Shown here piece by piece: positions 1 through 9,702 of a stretch of DNA of 36,921 nt (positions within the stretch are counted from its first letter, which is position 1; each line of letters opens with the position of its first letter). Source of the stretch: an uncultured Candidatus Saccharibacteria bacterium (GTDB lineage Bacteria > Patescibacteriota > Dojkabacteria > SC72); contig CAZQHF010000002.1 in the NCBI GenBank assembly GCA_964593535.1, forward strand, positions 1-36,921, in the 5' to 3' direction. Position numbers and translations under genes: made by a program. The notes under the pieces were generated by a model. That model had not been told where the DNA came from. It saw nothing but the letters and a program-made list of their open reading frames with translations, and searched no databases.

Positions 1-2293
1 AGCCATTTGCTCTAATCTTTGAGAATTGTTTTAAATCAGTTTTTTTAATAATTCCTCCCTTTGTTACCATTAAGAAATACTTAAAATCTGCCTTTTTTAT
101 TACACCTTTTTCATCTTGCTGCTCTTGTATCTCTTCAGAACCCATTACTCCTCCCTTAGGATCTCTTGTAAGAATAGAAGTTATTATTTCATTTTGATCT
201 AATTGAACAAGGTTAATTAATGGAATACCCTTTGCAGTTCTCCCATATTCAGGTATTTCAAATATTCTTGTACTAAATACACGACCCTTATTTGTAAATA
301 GCAGTAGTTCATCGTGTGTGTTGCAAAGCAATACATGCTCAATGAAGTCACCTTCTTTTGTTTCACCACCAGATATTCCCTTTCCTCCTCTCTTCTGTGT
401 CTGATATGTAGAAGGCGGGACTCTCTTTACATATCCAGTATGGGTTATTGTTATTAGTGTTTCCTCCTGTGCAATTAAATCTTCATCTGAAATTTCGTTT
501 ATTTTTCCTTTTACAATCTTTGTTCTTCTCTTATCTCCATATGTTTCTTTCATTACTTCTAGATCATTACTAATTACCTCAAGAATTTTATCAGGGCTAT
601 CTAGAACTTCATTGTACTGAATAATCTTTTCTTTTGTTTCTTTATAATCATTTTGCAGTTTCATTCTCTCAAGAGCAGCAAGTCTTCTAAGCTGCATATC
701 CAAAATTGCTTGTGCTTGTACATCAGTAAACTTAAACTTATCCATTAAGTTTGTTTTTGCACTCTCTTGAGTCTTAGATCCCCTTATAGTAGCAATTACC
801 TCATCTAAAAGGTCTAATGCTCTAAGTAATCCTTCTAGTATATGTGCATGATATCTTGCTTCTGCTAAATCATATTCATACCTTCTTACAGTTACAGTAA
901 TTCTAAAAGAAAGGAATAATTCAAGCATTCTTTTTAGTGAAAGAGTAATTGGTTCTTGGTCTACTAATGCAATCATATTTGCATTAAAGGTCTTTTGCAT
1001 TTCTGTATATTTATATAGTTTGTTTAATACAGTTTTTGGCTGTGCATCTTTCTTAAGAGCAACAACTACCCTTATTCCATCTTTATTTGATTCATCTCTA
1101 ATATCTGCAATTCCTGTAATTTTTTTCTCTCTCACTAAGTCTGCAATTTTCTCTATCATGTAAGCTTTATTTACTTGATATGGAATTTCTGTAATTACTA
1201 TCTGATATCTTCCATTTTTCCCCTCAACTATTGATGCCTGTGCTCTTTGAAGTATTTTTCCTCTTCCTGTTGCATATGCATTAAGTATTTCAGCTCTATC
1301 ATATATTATTCCTCCAGTAGGGAAATCTGGTCCTGGAATTATTTCAATTAACTCTTCTGGAGATATATCTGACTTGAAATCAGGATATATTGTTTCCTTT
1401 GTTTCTTTAATTCTTTCAACTATTTTTTCAATCTCTTTACTGTAATCGAGAGATTTTGTATCTACATAGTTTTCTAAGTAATTTTCAGGTTTTGCATTAA
1501 GTGTTTGTGGTACTTTTTCTCTACTCTCTCTTGCTTTTCTAAGTTCATTGTAAATTGCTACTCCCTGCCATTTGTTCCCTCTTTTAATCATTTCTCGGAG
1601 TGCATCAACAAGCTCTGTAAGATTATGAGGAGGTATTTGTGTTGCCATTCCTACTGCAATACCTTGACTTCCATTTGCTAAAAGGTTAGGGAAAAGTGTG
1701 GGAAGTACTGTTGGTTCAAATCTTGTTCCATCATAGTTAGGTATAAATGTAACAGTTCCTTTATTTAAATCACGAAGCATTTCTGGAGTAATCTTTCCCA
1801 ATCTTGCTTCTGTGTATCTCATTGCAGCTGCAGGATCTCCATCAATAGAACCAAAATTCCCTTGTCCTTCAACTAAAATATATCTGGTTGAAAACTCTTG
1901 AGCCATTTTTACAAGAGTGGGATATACTACACTTTCACCATGTGGATGGTAGTTACCTGAGGTATCACCAGCAATTTTTGCACACTTTCTAAAATGAGAA
2001 GTTGGTGTTAGACCTAAGTCATTCATTGCAACTAGTACTCTTCTTTGAGATGGTTTTAATCCATCTCTTACATCTGGAAGTGCACGAGAGACTATAACGG
2101 ACATAGAGTAGTCAATGTAGTTTGATTTCATCTCATCAACAATTGATCTTTCTTTTATCTCTCCAGGTTTAAATGACAAACTAAAATCAATTTCTGAATT
2201 GTTTTGTTCTGTATCAGTTAAGTCTTGTTGTTCCTGATTTTCAACAGTAATATTTTCTTGTGCACTTTTTATTAAATCTTCTTTATCTGCCAT
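1..2293 (-). CDS. gyrA: DNA gyrase subunit A; N-terminal ~764 codons present, C-terminus runs off the window edge
   Basis: Not in the ORF track because it is open at the edge. Hand translation from ATG at 2293 gives MADKEDLIK...SRALPDVRDGLKPSQRRVLVAM...GDTSGNYHPHGESVVYPTLVKMAQEF...GNFGSIDGDPAAAMRYTEARL (catalytic Tyr motif)...PGPDFPTGG...EIPYQVNKA. It starts 4 nt downstream of the gyrB stop. Confidence 0.93.
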   Translation of the reverse strand, partial: MADKEDLIKSAQENITVENQEQQDLTDTEQNNSEIDFSLSFKPGEIKERSIVDEMKSNYIDYSMSVIVSRALPDVRDGLKPSQRRVLVAMNDLGLTPTSHFRKCAKIAGDTSGNYHPHGESVVYPTLVKMAQEFSTRYILVEGQGNFGSIDGDPAAAMRYTEARLGKITPEMLRDLNKGTVTFIPNYDGTRFEPTVLPTLFPNLLANGSQGIAVGMATQIPPHNLTELVDALREMIKRGNKWQGVAIYNELRKARESREKVPQTLNAKPENYLENYVDTKSLDYSKEIEKIVERIKETKETIYPDFKSDISPEELIEIIPGPDFPTGGIIYDRAEILNAYATGRGKILQRAQASIVEGKNGRYQIVITEIPYQVNKAYMIEKIADLVREKKITGIADIRDESNKDGIRVVVALKKDAQPKTVLNKLYKYTEMQKTFNANMIALVDQEPITLSLKRMLELFLSFRITVTVRRYEYDLAEARYHAHILEGLLRALDLLDEVIATIRGSKTQESAKTNLMDKFKFTDVQAQAILDMQLRRLAALERMKLQNDYKETKEKIIQYNEVLDSPDKILEVISNDLEVMKETYGDKRRTKIVKGKINEISDEDLIAQEETLITITHTGYVKRVPPSTYQTQKRGGKGISGGETKEGDFIEHVLLCNTHDELLLFTNKGRVFSTRIFEIPEYGRTAKGIPLINLVQLDQNEIITSILTRDPKGGVMGSEEIQEQQDEKGVIKKADFKYFLMVTKGGIIKKTDLKQFSKIRANG

Positions 2294-2297
2294 GTCT

Positions 2298-4220
2298 TTA
2301 TATATCTAAATTAGCTTTTTTAGCATATCTTTGAATAAATCTTCTCCTTGGAGGAACTTCTGTTCCCATTAACATCTCAAATGTTTTTTCAGCTTCTTGA
2401 GCATCTTCTATTTGGACTCTTTTGAGTACTCTTGTTTCTGGATTCATAGTTGTTTCCCAAAGCTGATCAGGATTCATTTCTCCTAGACCTTTAAATCTGT
2501 TTGCTACGGGAGTCTTTCCTGCTGTCTTAGCCTTTCTTACAAATGCATCTTTTTCTTCATCATTTAGAAAGTAGTATTTCTTTTTACCAATTTCTACCTT
2601 ATGTAGAGGAGGTTGTGCAACATACACATATCCTTGCTCAATTAATGGTTTAAAAAATCTGTAAAGAAGGGTAAGCACTAAAGTTGTAATATGTAATCCA
2701 TCAACATCTGCATCACTCATTATAATTATTTTATGATATCTTAATTTGCTTACATCTAAAGATGTCCCTATTCCTACTCCCAGGGCCGTTGTAATATCCT
2801 TAAACTCATTATTGCCTAAAACTCTATCCACTCTGTATTTATTAGTGTTAATAATCTTTCCTCTTAGTGGAAGTACAGCCTGTGTATGTCTGTCTCTTCC
2901 TTGTTTTGCACTTCCTCCTGCAGAATCTCCTTCTACTATGTAGAGTTCACATTCTTTAGGATCATTACTTATACAATCTGCGAGTTTGCCTGGTAAAGTT
3001 GTACTTTCTAAGGCATTCTTTCTGATGACTGCATCTCTTGCTGCTTTTGCTGCAGCTTTTGCTTTGTATGAAAGTACTGCTTTATCAATAATTGCTTTTG
3101 CTTCTTTAGGATGTTCATCAAGATATGTTAAAAGTTCATCTCTAATTACTTTTGCAACAGCAGTTTTAACTTCTGGATTGTTTAATTTTATTTTTGTTTG
3201 ACCTTCAAACTGAGGATTGGTTACTTTTACTGATATTACAGCGGTGAGTCCCTCTCTTACATCATCTCCACTTAAAGAATCAGTTAACCCTTTTAGTAGT
3301 TCTGCTTTTTGTGCATATGTGTTTATTGCACTAGTAAGTGCAGTTCTAAAACCTGACAAATGAGTTCCACCTTCTGGATTGATAATATTGTTAGTGTAAC
3401 ATTTAACATCTTCATCCATACTGTCGGTGTACTGAATTGCTGCTTCTACAATTATTCCATCACAATCTTTTTTTACATAAAAGGGTTTTTCGTTTATAGG
3501 TTTCTCATCTAAGTTCATAAAAAGAACATATGACTTAATTCCATCTTCAAAGTACAGATTAAAGATTTTTGGAGGATTTCCCTCTTCTACTCTTTCATCC
3601 TTTATTGAGATTTTAAGACCTGCTGTTAAGTATGCATGCTGTCTACAATTTTTAACAATCTCTTTAAAATCAAAATCAGTTTCTGTAAATATCTCTTTGT
3701 CAGGTAGGAATCTATGCTCAGTACCTGTTTCATTGTCTGGAGCAGTTCCTACTTTTTGAACAGGGGCTACAGGAATCCCTCTTTTATACTCTTGTTGATA
3801 TATTCCGCCATCTCTTTTTACTGTAGTTATCATCCATTCTGACAAAGCATTAGTACATTTCATACCAACACCATGAAGACCTCCTGATACCTTGTATGCT
3901 CCTTCCTCAAACTTTCCTCCTGCATGTAAGTTTGTCATAACTGTTTCAAGTGTAGATACTTTTGTTTGTGGATGCTCTTCAACAGGTATTCCTCTTCCAT
4001 TATCTCTTACAGATATTGAACCGTCTTTGTAAAGAGTTACCCATATGTTTGTACAATATCCTGCAATTGCTTCATCTACAGAGTTATCAAGAATTTCTGT
4101 AAATATATGTTGGAGACCATTTCTATCTGTAGATCCAATATACATTGCTGGTCTTTTTCTTATAGCTTCAAGCCCCTGCAATACTTGAATATTTGATGCT
4201 TTATAATTGTTTTCTGACAT
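2298..4220 (-). CDS. gyrB: DNA gyrase subunit B
   Basis: 640 aa. GHKL ATPase motifs (EILDNSVDEA, GGLHGVG), Toprim motifs (ELYIVEGDSAGGSAKQGRDR, IMSDADVDGLHI) and the C-terminal GLGEMNPDQLWETTM motif. Confidence 0.97.
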   Translation of the reverse strand: MSENNYKASNIQVLQGLEAIRKRPAMYIGSTDRNGLQHIFTEILDNSVDEAIAGYCTNIWVTLYKDGSISVRDNGRGIPVEEHPQTKVSTLETVMTNLHAGGKFEEGAYKVSGGLHGVGMKCTNALSEWMITTVKRDGGIYQQEYKRGIPVAPVQKVGTAPDNETGTEHRFLPDKEIFTETDFDFKEIVKNCRQHAYLTAGLKISIKDERVEEGNPPKIFNLYFEDGIKSYVLFMNLDEKPINEKPFYVKKDCDGIIVEAAIQYTDSMDEDVKCYTNNIINPEGGTHLSGFRTALTSAINTYAQKAELLKGLTDSLSGDDVREGLTAVISVKVTNPQFEGQTKIKLNNPEVKTAVAKVIRDELLTYLDEHPKEAKAIIDKAVLSYKAKAAAKAARDAVIRKNALESTTLPGKLADCISNDPKECELYIVEGDSAGGSAKQGRDRHTQAVLPLRGKIINTNKYRVDRVLGNNEFKDITTALGVGIGTSLDVSKLRYHKIIIMSDADVDGLHITTLVLTLLYRFFKPLIEQGYVYVAQPPLHKVEIGKKKYYFLNDEEKDAFVRKAKTAGKTPVANRFKGLGEMNPDQLWETTMNPETRVLKRVQIEDAQEAEKTFEMLMGTEVPPRRRFIQRYAKKANLDI

Positions 4221-4284
4221 TGCCTGGTTAATTTAAGTTATTTTTCAAAGTGATTTCCATTCTAATATATTTTAGAAAGAAATG

Positions 4285-4977
4285 TTAAGAGAAAGAGTGA
4301 CCTCTTAAGACAAGAAAAAGATTTTCCAAAAGAAGTCTTTTGTTGCCATTCGCATTTATTCTTCTTCTTGTTTTTTCTACACATTGGATATTATCATAAA
4401 TTTGTTTTAATTGCTCTTTATCTTTTAAATTTTGTTTTAGAAGAGCTTGATAGTAAAACTCTACTTCGTTTAAGAAGTTATCTGTACTATCTTTATCTTT
4501 AGCAATCTTCTCTATATCTTTAAAGGCCTCTATTAAATTTTTTGTTAAAGTCTCTGGGGATTTTTCTTCATGCACTTTTTTTTCTACTTCTTTTGTGTAA
4601 ATCTTTAAGGATCTTGAAATAATTGTAGGGAGGAGTTTTTCCTCATTAGATACTGTAAGAATATATGCAGTACGATTACTACTTTCTTCTAATGTTTTAA
4701 GAAATGAATTTTGTGCTTCTACTGTTAATTTGTCTGCATCAAATATTAATGCTATCTGTACATTTTCTGAATATGGGGTATAAATCATTTCTTTTTGAAG
4801 TCTTTTTACATCTTCAATTCCTATGCTATTAATATTGTTTGTTTCAATTGTATGAATATCTGGAGATGTAAATTCAAAGAAGTTGTTTTTGAGATTTTTA
4901 TTCCAGAGTTTTGAGATTAATGTACTAATTTCTCTTTTTATATTTTCACTGTCATTTCCAATAATTAGGTATGTCAT
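4285..4977 (-). CDS. holB: DNA polymerase III delta-prime-like clamp-loader subunit (short form, no obvious Walker A)
   Basis: 230 aa. Contains EAQNSFLKTLEE and LLPTIISRS, which resemble the delta-prime AANALLKTLEEP and LPTIRSRC boxes. Sits immediately upstream of gyrB on the same strand. Confidence 0.6.
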   Translation of the reverse strand: MTYLIIGNDSENIKREISTLISKLWNKNLKNNFFEFTSPDIHTIETNNINSIGIEDVKRLQKEMIYTPYSENVQIALIFDADKLTVEAQNSFLKTLEESSNRTAYILTVSNEEKLLPTIISRSLKIYTKEVEKKVHEEKSPETLTKNLIEAFKDIEKIAKDKDSTDNFLNEVEFYYQALLKQNLKDKEQLKQIYDNIQCVEKTRRRINANGNKRLLLENLFLVLRGHSFS

Positions 4978-5144
4978 ATATCAATATTTTATCATGTTTT
5001 CGAGTAAAAAGCTTGTGTTTGAGTGCTTAAATTGCTTGATTCTACAGTATTTTATGCGATTTTAGCTTTAATTACATTATAGGTCGTGAAATTACTCTCT
5101 TCTCTTGCTATTATTACATAATATTAATTTTACTGCCTATATTT

Positions 5145-6947
5145 GTGGTTCAGGAAACACTACTTTCATATTTACAAAGACAGGGAATAATTAGTGAAGC
5201 TGATGCTGTTAAGGTTCAGGTCGAAAGAAGTCGTTCACCTAAAAATGAAGAGACAATAATAAGGGAGATGAAGCTTGCTGATGATGAACAGATAGCTAAA
5301 GCTAAGTCTACAATCTTTAATATTCCTTATGTTGATTTAATGGAAAATGATGTTCCAGAAGGTGTTATTGCTGAAGTGCCAATTGATAGTTTAAAGAGAT
5401 ATAAGGCTGTTCCTTTTGAAAGGGGAGATGATTATGTAAAAATAGCAATGCTTGATCCCTTTGATATACAGGCTATCCAGGCATTACAAAGGAAGTATCC
5501 ACCTAATACAAAGGTAATTGTATATATTACAGCAGAGAATGGATTGAACTATATCCTTGATAGAAGGATGGGAGACCTTATGAGCTCTGAGGTTACAGCG
5601 GCTCTAGAAGATGTTAATGTACCTGTACAGGAGATTGATGAAGATCCTAATTTAATTAGTAGTATTGATTTAAAGAATGCTCCTGTTGCGAGAATTGTTA
5701 ACTCGATTTTACAGTATGCTGTTGTATCAAAGTCATCAGATATACATGTAGAGCCAATGGAGACAAGACTAAGAGTGAGATTTAGAATCCATGGTGTTAT
5801 GACAGAGAGACTTTCCCTTCCTAAAGCACTTGGACCTGCTACCGTCTCTCGTATTAAGATTATGTCTAATTTAAAGATTGATGAGAAGAGAGTTCCACAA
5901 GATGGAAGATTTCAAGTTAAAGTGAAGAATTCTAAGATAGATATTCGTGTCTCTGTTATGCCAACAATCCATGGAGAGAAAGTGGTTATGCGTTTACTTG
6001 AATCTGATACAGAAGGGCTAACTTTAGAGGGTACTGGTCTAAGAGGAAACGCCTACAAACTTTTTATGGATGCACTATCTGTTACGAATGGAATAATACT
6101 TGTTACTGGTCCAACAGGAAGTGGTAAAACTAGAACACTTGCATGTGCACTAGTGAAAGTTAATGATCCTTCCGTTAATGTTATCTCTTTGGAGGATCCT
6201 GTTGAAATTAGAGTACCAGGAGTTACGCAGGTGCAGATTAATCCTGATGTTGGTCTTACTTTTGCTACAGGTTTGCGATCAGTATTAAGACAGGACCCTG
6301 ATATAGTGATGGTAGGTGAGATTAGAGACCAAGAAACTGCAGAGCTAGCTATACAAGCATCGCTTACAGGACATTTAGTTTTATCTACTTTGCATACAAA
6401 CAGTGCTGCTGCTGCAATACCAAGACTACTGGATATGGGAATGGAGCCATATCTTTTAGCATCTACTATGCGTCTTTTAGTTGCTCAGCGTTTACCAAGA
6501 AGGGTATGTCAAAGGTGTATGAAAGCTGTACCTGCAACACCAGCAGAAATGGAGGCACTTAAGGAAATATTATCAGGGATTGAAGGTTTTGATTTGTTTA
6601 AGTATACAACTCAGGTTATTAATGCTAAAAAGGCAAAAGGAGAAGAAGGATCTGCTGCACTTAAAGCTCCTGAAATAGGGTCAGATGGAGAACCAATTAT
6701 TTATCTTTATAAAGGAAGTGGATGTGACAGATGCGGAGGTTCTGGCTATGTTGGCCGTATTGGTATTTTTGAGGTATTGGATGTTAACGAAAAAATTAGT
6801 AGAATGGTTATGGAAAATATTACAGCTCAGGATATAGATAAAGAGGCAAGGGCAAATGGTATGATTACAATGACGCAAGATGGATTTTTAAAGGCACTAG
6901 AAGGTATTACCTCCATTGAAGAGGTCATGAGAGTGTCAAAAGAATAA
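5145..6947 (+). CDS. pilB: Type IV pilus assembly (extension) ATPase, PilB/GspE family
   Basis: 600 aa with a GTG start. Walker A GPTGSGKT, Walker B DPDIVMVGEIRD, His box TGHLVLSTLHTN, and a tetracysteine motif (CQRC...CDRCGGSGY). The N-terminal region resembles the GspE N-domain. Confidence 0.92.
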   Translation: MVQETLLSYLQRQGIISEADAVKVQVERSRSPKNEETIIREMKLADDEQIAKAKSTIFNIPYVDLMENDVPEGVIAEVPIDSLKRYKAVPFERGDDYVKIAMLDPFDIQAIQALQRKYPPNTKVIVYITAENGLNYILDRRMGDLMSSEVTAALEDVNVPVQEIDEDPNLISSIDLKNAPVARIVNSILQYAVVSKSSDIHVEPMETRLRVRFRIHGVMTERLSLPKALGPATVSRIKIMSNLKIDEKRVPQDGRFQVKVKNSKIDIRVSVMPTIHGEKVVMRLLESDTEGLTLEGTGLRGNAYKLFMDALSVTNGIILVTGPTGSGKTRTLACALVKVNDPSVNVISLEDPVEIRVPGVTQVQINPDVGLTFATGLRSVLRQDPDIVMVGEIRDQETAELAIQASLTGHLVLSTLHTNSAAAAIPRLLDMGMEPYLLASTMRLLVAQRLPRRVCQRCMKAVPATPAEMEALKEILSGIEGFDLFKYTTQVINAKKAKGEEGSAALKAPEIGSDGEPIIYLYKGSGCDRCGGSGYVGRIGIFEVLDVNEKISRMVMENITAQDIDKEARANGMITMTQDGFLKALEGITSIEEVMRVSKE

Positions 6948-6959
6948 ATTTAAGATATA

Positions 6960-8405
6960 ATGAAAAAGATGGAAGATAATACTGCCCAAAACAACACAGT
7001 TCGGTATCCTAATATACCTCAGGATAATTCTCAGATTATAAATTCTAATATTTCTACTACCCCTACTCCAACAACATCTACTAATGATGTACAACCATCT
7101 GTCCAAACACAATCAGGAGTTTCTCCTACTGCTGAAGTTAAAGCTGATACTCAAGGTATTAACCTAGCTCCCAGTCCAAGTGACGGGGGTGTTTTGAAAG
7201 GTATTGTAAGTAATTCTCTTGAAGAGATTATTCCAGGTGAAAAAGTACCAAAAGCACTAAAAAGAGAGCCAAAAGAAGTTAATCTTGCTCAGCCTATTTT
7301 TGTTAAGGAACCAGAATCACCAGTAATCCAGAAATTAAATGAACCAAAGGGAATAGATGAGCTTCTTCTTTATGCTATTCGGCACAATGCATCAGACCTT
7401 CATATTTCTGTTGGTTATCCCCCTATTGTAAGAATAGATGGAACACTGATGGAAGTAAGTGATAAAGTTATAACAGCAGAAGAAGCAGAAGAACTTATAT
7501 TCTCGGTACTATCTGATGAGAAAAAAGAGCTGTTAGAGGTAAATAGGGAAATAGATTTAGCATATTTTTATGAAGGAGATATTCCCGCAAGATTTAGAAT
7601 TAATGCATACTATACAAAAAAGAATTTAGCTGCTGCATTTAGAATTATTCCTTCAAGAATAAGAACAATTGATAAACTTTTTCTTCCAAGTATTTATCAT
7701 CAGTTTGCTCAGTTAAAACAGGGTTTTATACTGGTAACAGGACCTACTGGACATGGTAAGAGTACATCTCTTGCTGCAATATTAGAAGAGATAAATATGA
7801 CAAGATTTGCTCATATATTAACTATTGAAGATCCAATTGAATTTGTTTTTGAAGGAAAGAAGTCTTTGATTGATCAGAGAGAAATGAATGATGATACACA
7901 TTCGTGGCCGATTGCACTAAGAAGTGCACTTAGACAGGATCCTGATGTCATTCTTGTCGGTGAGATGAGAGATTATGAAACAATCGCTTCAGCAATAACA
8001 CTAGCTGAAACAGGACATTTGGTGTTTGCAACTTTGCATACTAACAGTGCAGCTCAAACAATAGATAGAATAATAGATGTATTCCCACATAATCAGCAAC
8101 AGCAGATAAGAATGCAGTTATCAAACATACTTGAAGCAGTAGTTGCTCAAAGATTAATTCCTCTTGATAAGGGAGGAAGAAGAGTTGTGTGTGAAATAAT
8201 GATTGCAAATGCAGCAATCAGAAATATGATTAGAGAGTCAAAGACTCATCAAATTGATAATGTAATAAGAACAAGCTCTGATATAGGGATGGTATCATTA
8301 GAAAGATCTCTTGTTAATCTTGTTCGTGAGGGAATTATATCTGTACAAAAAGCTCAGGAGTATGCTGTATATCCTGAGGAAGTCTTAAGGTTACTTAAGA
8401 GTTAA
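6960..8405 (+). CDS. pilT: Twitching-motility (retraction) ATPase PilT with a ~130-aa N-terminal low-complexity extension
   Basis: 481 aa. GPTGHGKST, DPDVILVGEMRD, TGHLVFATLHTNSA, and the PilT-specific AIRNMIRE motif. Residues 1-130 are N/Q/T/P/S-rich and are not part of canonical PilT. Confidence 0.9.
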   Translation: MKKMEDNTAQNNTVRYPNIPQDNSQIINSNISTTPTPTTSTNDVQPSVQTQSGVSPTAEVKADTQGINLAPSPSDGGVLKGIVSNSLEEIIPGEKVPKALKREPKEVNLAQPIFVKEPESPVIQKLNEPKGIDELLLYAIRHNASDLHISVGYPPIVRIDGTLMEVSDKVITAEEAEELIFSVLSDEKKELLEVNREIDLAYFYEGDIPARFRINAYYTKKNLAAAFRIIPSRIRTIDKLFLPSIYHQFAQLKQGFILVTGPTGHGKSTSLAAILEEINMTRFAHILTIEDPIEFVFEGKKSLIDQREMNDDTHSWPIALRSALRQDPDVILVGEMRDYETIASAITLAETGHLVFATLHTNSAAQTIDRIIDVFPHNQQQQIRMQLSNILEAVVAQRLIPLDKGGRRVVCEIMIANAAIRNMIRESKTHQIDNVIRTSSDIGMVSLERSLVNLVREGIISVQKAQEYAVYPEEVLRLLKS

Positions 8406-8409
8406 AAAT

Positions 8410-9651
8410 ATGCCTAATTTTACATATTCTGCAAGAGACAACAAGGGTAAAGTAATAGAAGGTAAACTAGAAGCAAGAGATGCTCAGGCTGTTGCTGAAA
8501 TTCTCCAAGACAGAGGCTTGATTGTAGTAAACATAAAAGAAAAAAAGAGTTTAGATTTAGAAGAGCTATCTCAGATAAACATTGGTGGAGTACCAATGAA
8601 GGATAAAGTTGTCTTTATGAGACAGCTTGCAACCATGGTAAATTCAGGTCTTCCTCTTACAAGAGGATTGCAGATAATGGAACGGCAAATTACTAATCCC
8701 TTGTTTAAGAAAACAATCTCAGATGTAAAAGTGTCCGTTGAAGCAGGAAAAACTTTGGCTGACTCTTTTAGAAATACAGAAGAGATTTTTGATGATATTA
8801 CCGTTAACCTTATTGAAGCAGGTGAGTCTAGTGGTAATTTAGGAGAGATATTAAATAAATTAGCTACAGAGTTGGAGAATAAAAATAAGCTTCAAGGAAA
8901 GATTAAAGGAGCACTTACCTACCCTATTATTTTACTAGTTATAATAGCAGCAGTTGTTGTTTTAATGATGCTTGTTCTTGTTCCTGCAATGAGTGATATT
9001 TATACAGAATTTGGAGGGGAACTTCCTGCTATTACAAAAATAATGGTCTCTTTAAGTAACTTCTTTATTAATTATTGGTGGGTACTACTGATTGCAATTT
9101 TGAGTATTGTAATAGGAATAAAAGTGTGGATTGATACTCCGAATGGGAAAAGAAGCAGTGATAAGATTGTACTTAAAATTCCTATTATTGGTGGAATAAT
9201 AAGTAAGATGCAAATTGCCCAATTTACAAGAATTTTAGCATTACTTTTGAGTAGTGGTCTTTCAATAAGCAGAGCATTGGAGCTGACTGCAATGTCACTT
9301 AGCAATATTATGTTTAGAGAGGTTATTTTGGAAGCAAAGGATGAAGTTGAAAAAGGTAATTCATTAGCACTTCCTATCGCAAGGAGTGATTATTACCCTC
9401 TTCTTGTTAGCAGTATGATTGCTGTAGGTGAGGAAACTGGAGAATTGGATAATGTTCTTAAAAAAGTTGCTCAGTATTATAATGAAGAGGTTGATCAGGC
9501 TACTGAGAATATGTCTTCTGTACTGGAGCCTGTTTTTCTTGTTATCATGGGTCTTGTAATAGCCTTTATTTCTCTTGGTGTTTATACTCCTATGTTCCAA
9601 CTGTCAGAGGTAATGGGAATGGTGCTTGACATTGTTACTTTAATTGTATAA
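8410..9651 (+). CDS. pilC: Type IV pilus platform protein PilC/GspF
   Basis: 413 aa. Duplicated GspF-type domains (FMRQLATMVNSGLPL and FTRILALLLSSGLSI) with three hydrophobic spans. Confidence 0.9.
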   Translation: MPNFTYSARDNKGKVIEGKLEARDAQAVAEILQDRGLIVVNIKEKKSLDLEELSQINIGGVPMKDKVVFMRQLATMVNSGLPLTRGLQIMERQITNPLFKKTISDVKVSVEAGKTLADSFRNTEEIFDDITVNLIEAGESSGNLGEILNKLATELENKNKLQGKIKGALTYPIILLVIIAAVVVLMMLVLVPAMSDIYTEFGGELPAITKIMVSLSNFFINYWWVLLIAILSIVIGIKVWIDTPNGKRSSDKIVLKIPIIGGIISKMQIAQFTRILALLLSSGLSISRALELTAMSLSNIMFREVILEAKDEVEKGNSLALPIARSDYYPLLVSSMIAVGEETGELDNVLKKVAQYYNEEVDQATENMSSVLEPVFLVIMGLVIAFISLGVYTPMFQLSEVMGMVLDIVTLIV

Positions 9652-9702
9652 GTTATACATAGAAACATATAAATTAAATAATTTTTTAATATATATATAA
9701 GA

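Noticed and set aside
4978-5144. Candidate -35/-10 hexamers in the divergent holB-like/pilB intergenic region, such as TTGATT-N17-ATTTTA.
   Set aside because: The sequence is so AT-rich that near-consensus hexamers arise by chance, and none stands out.
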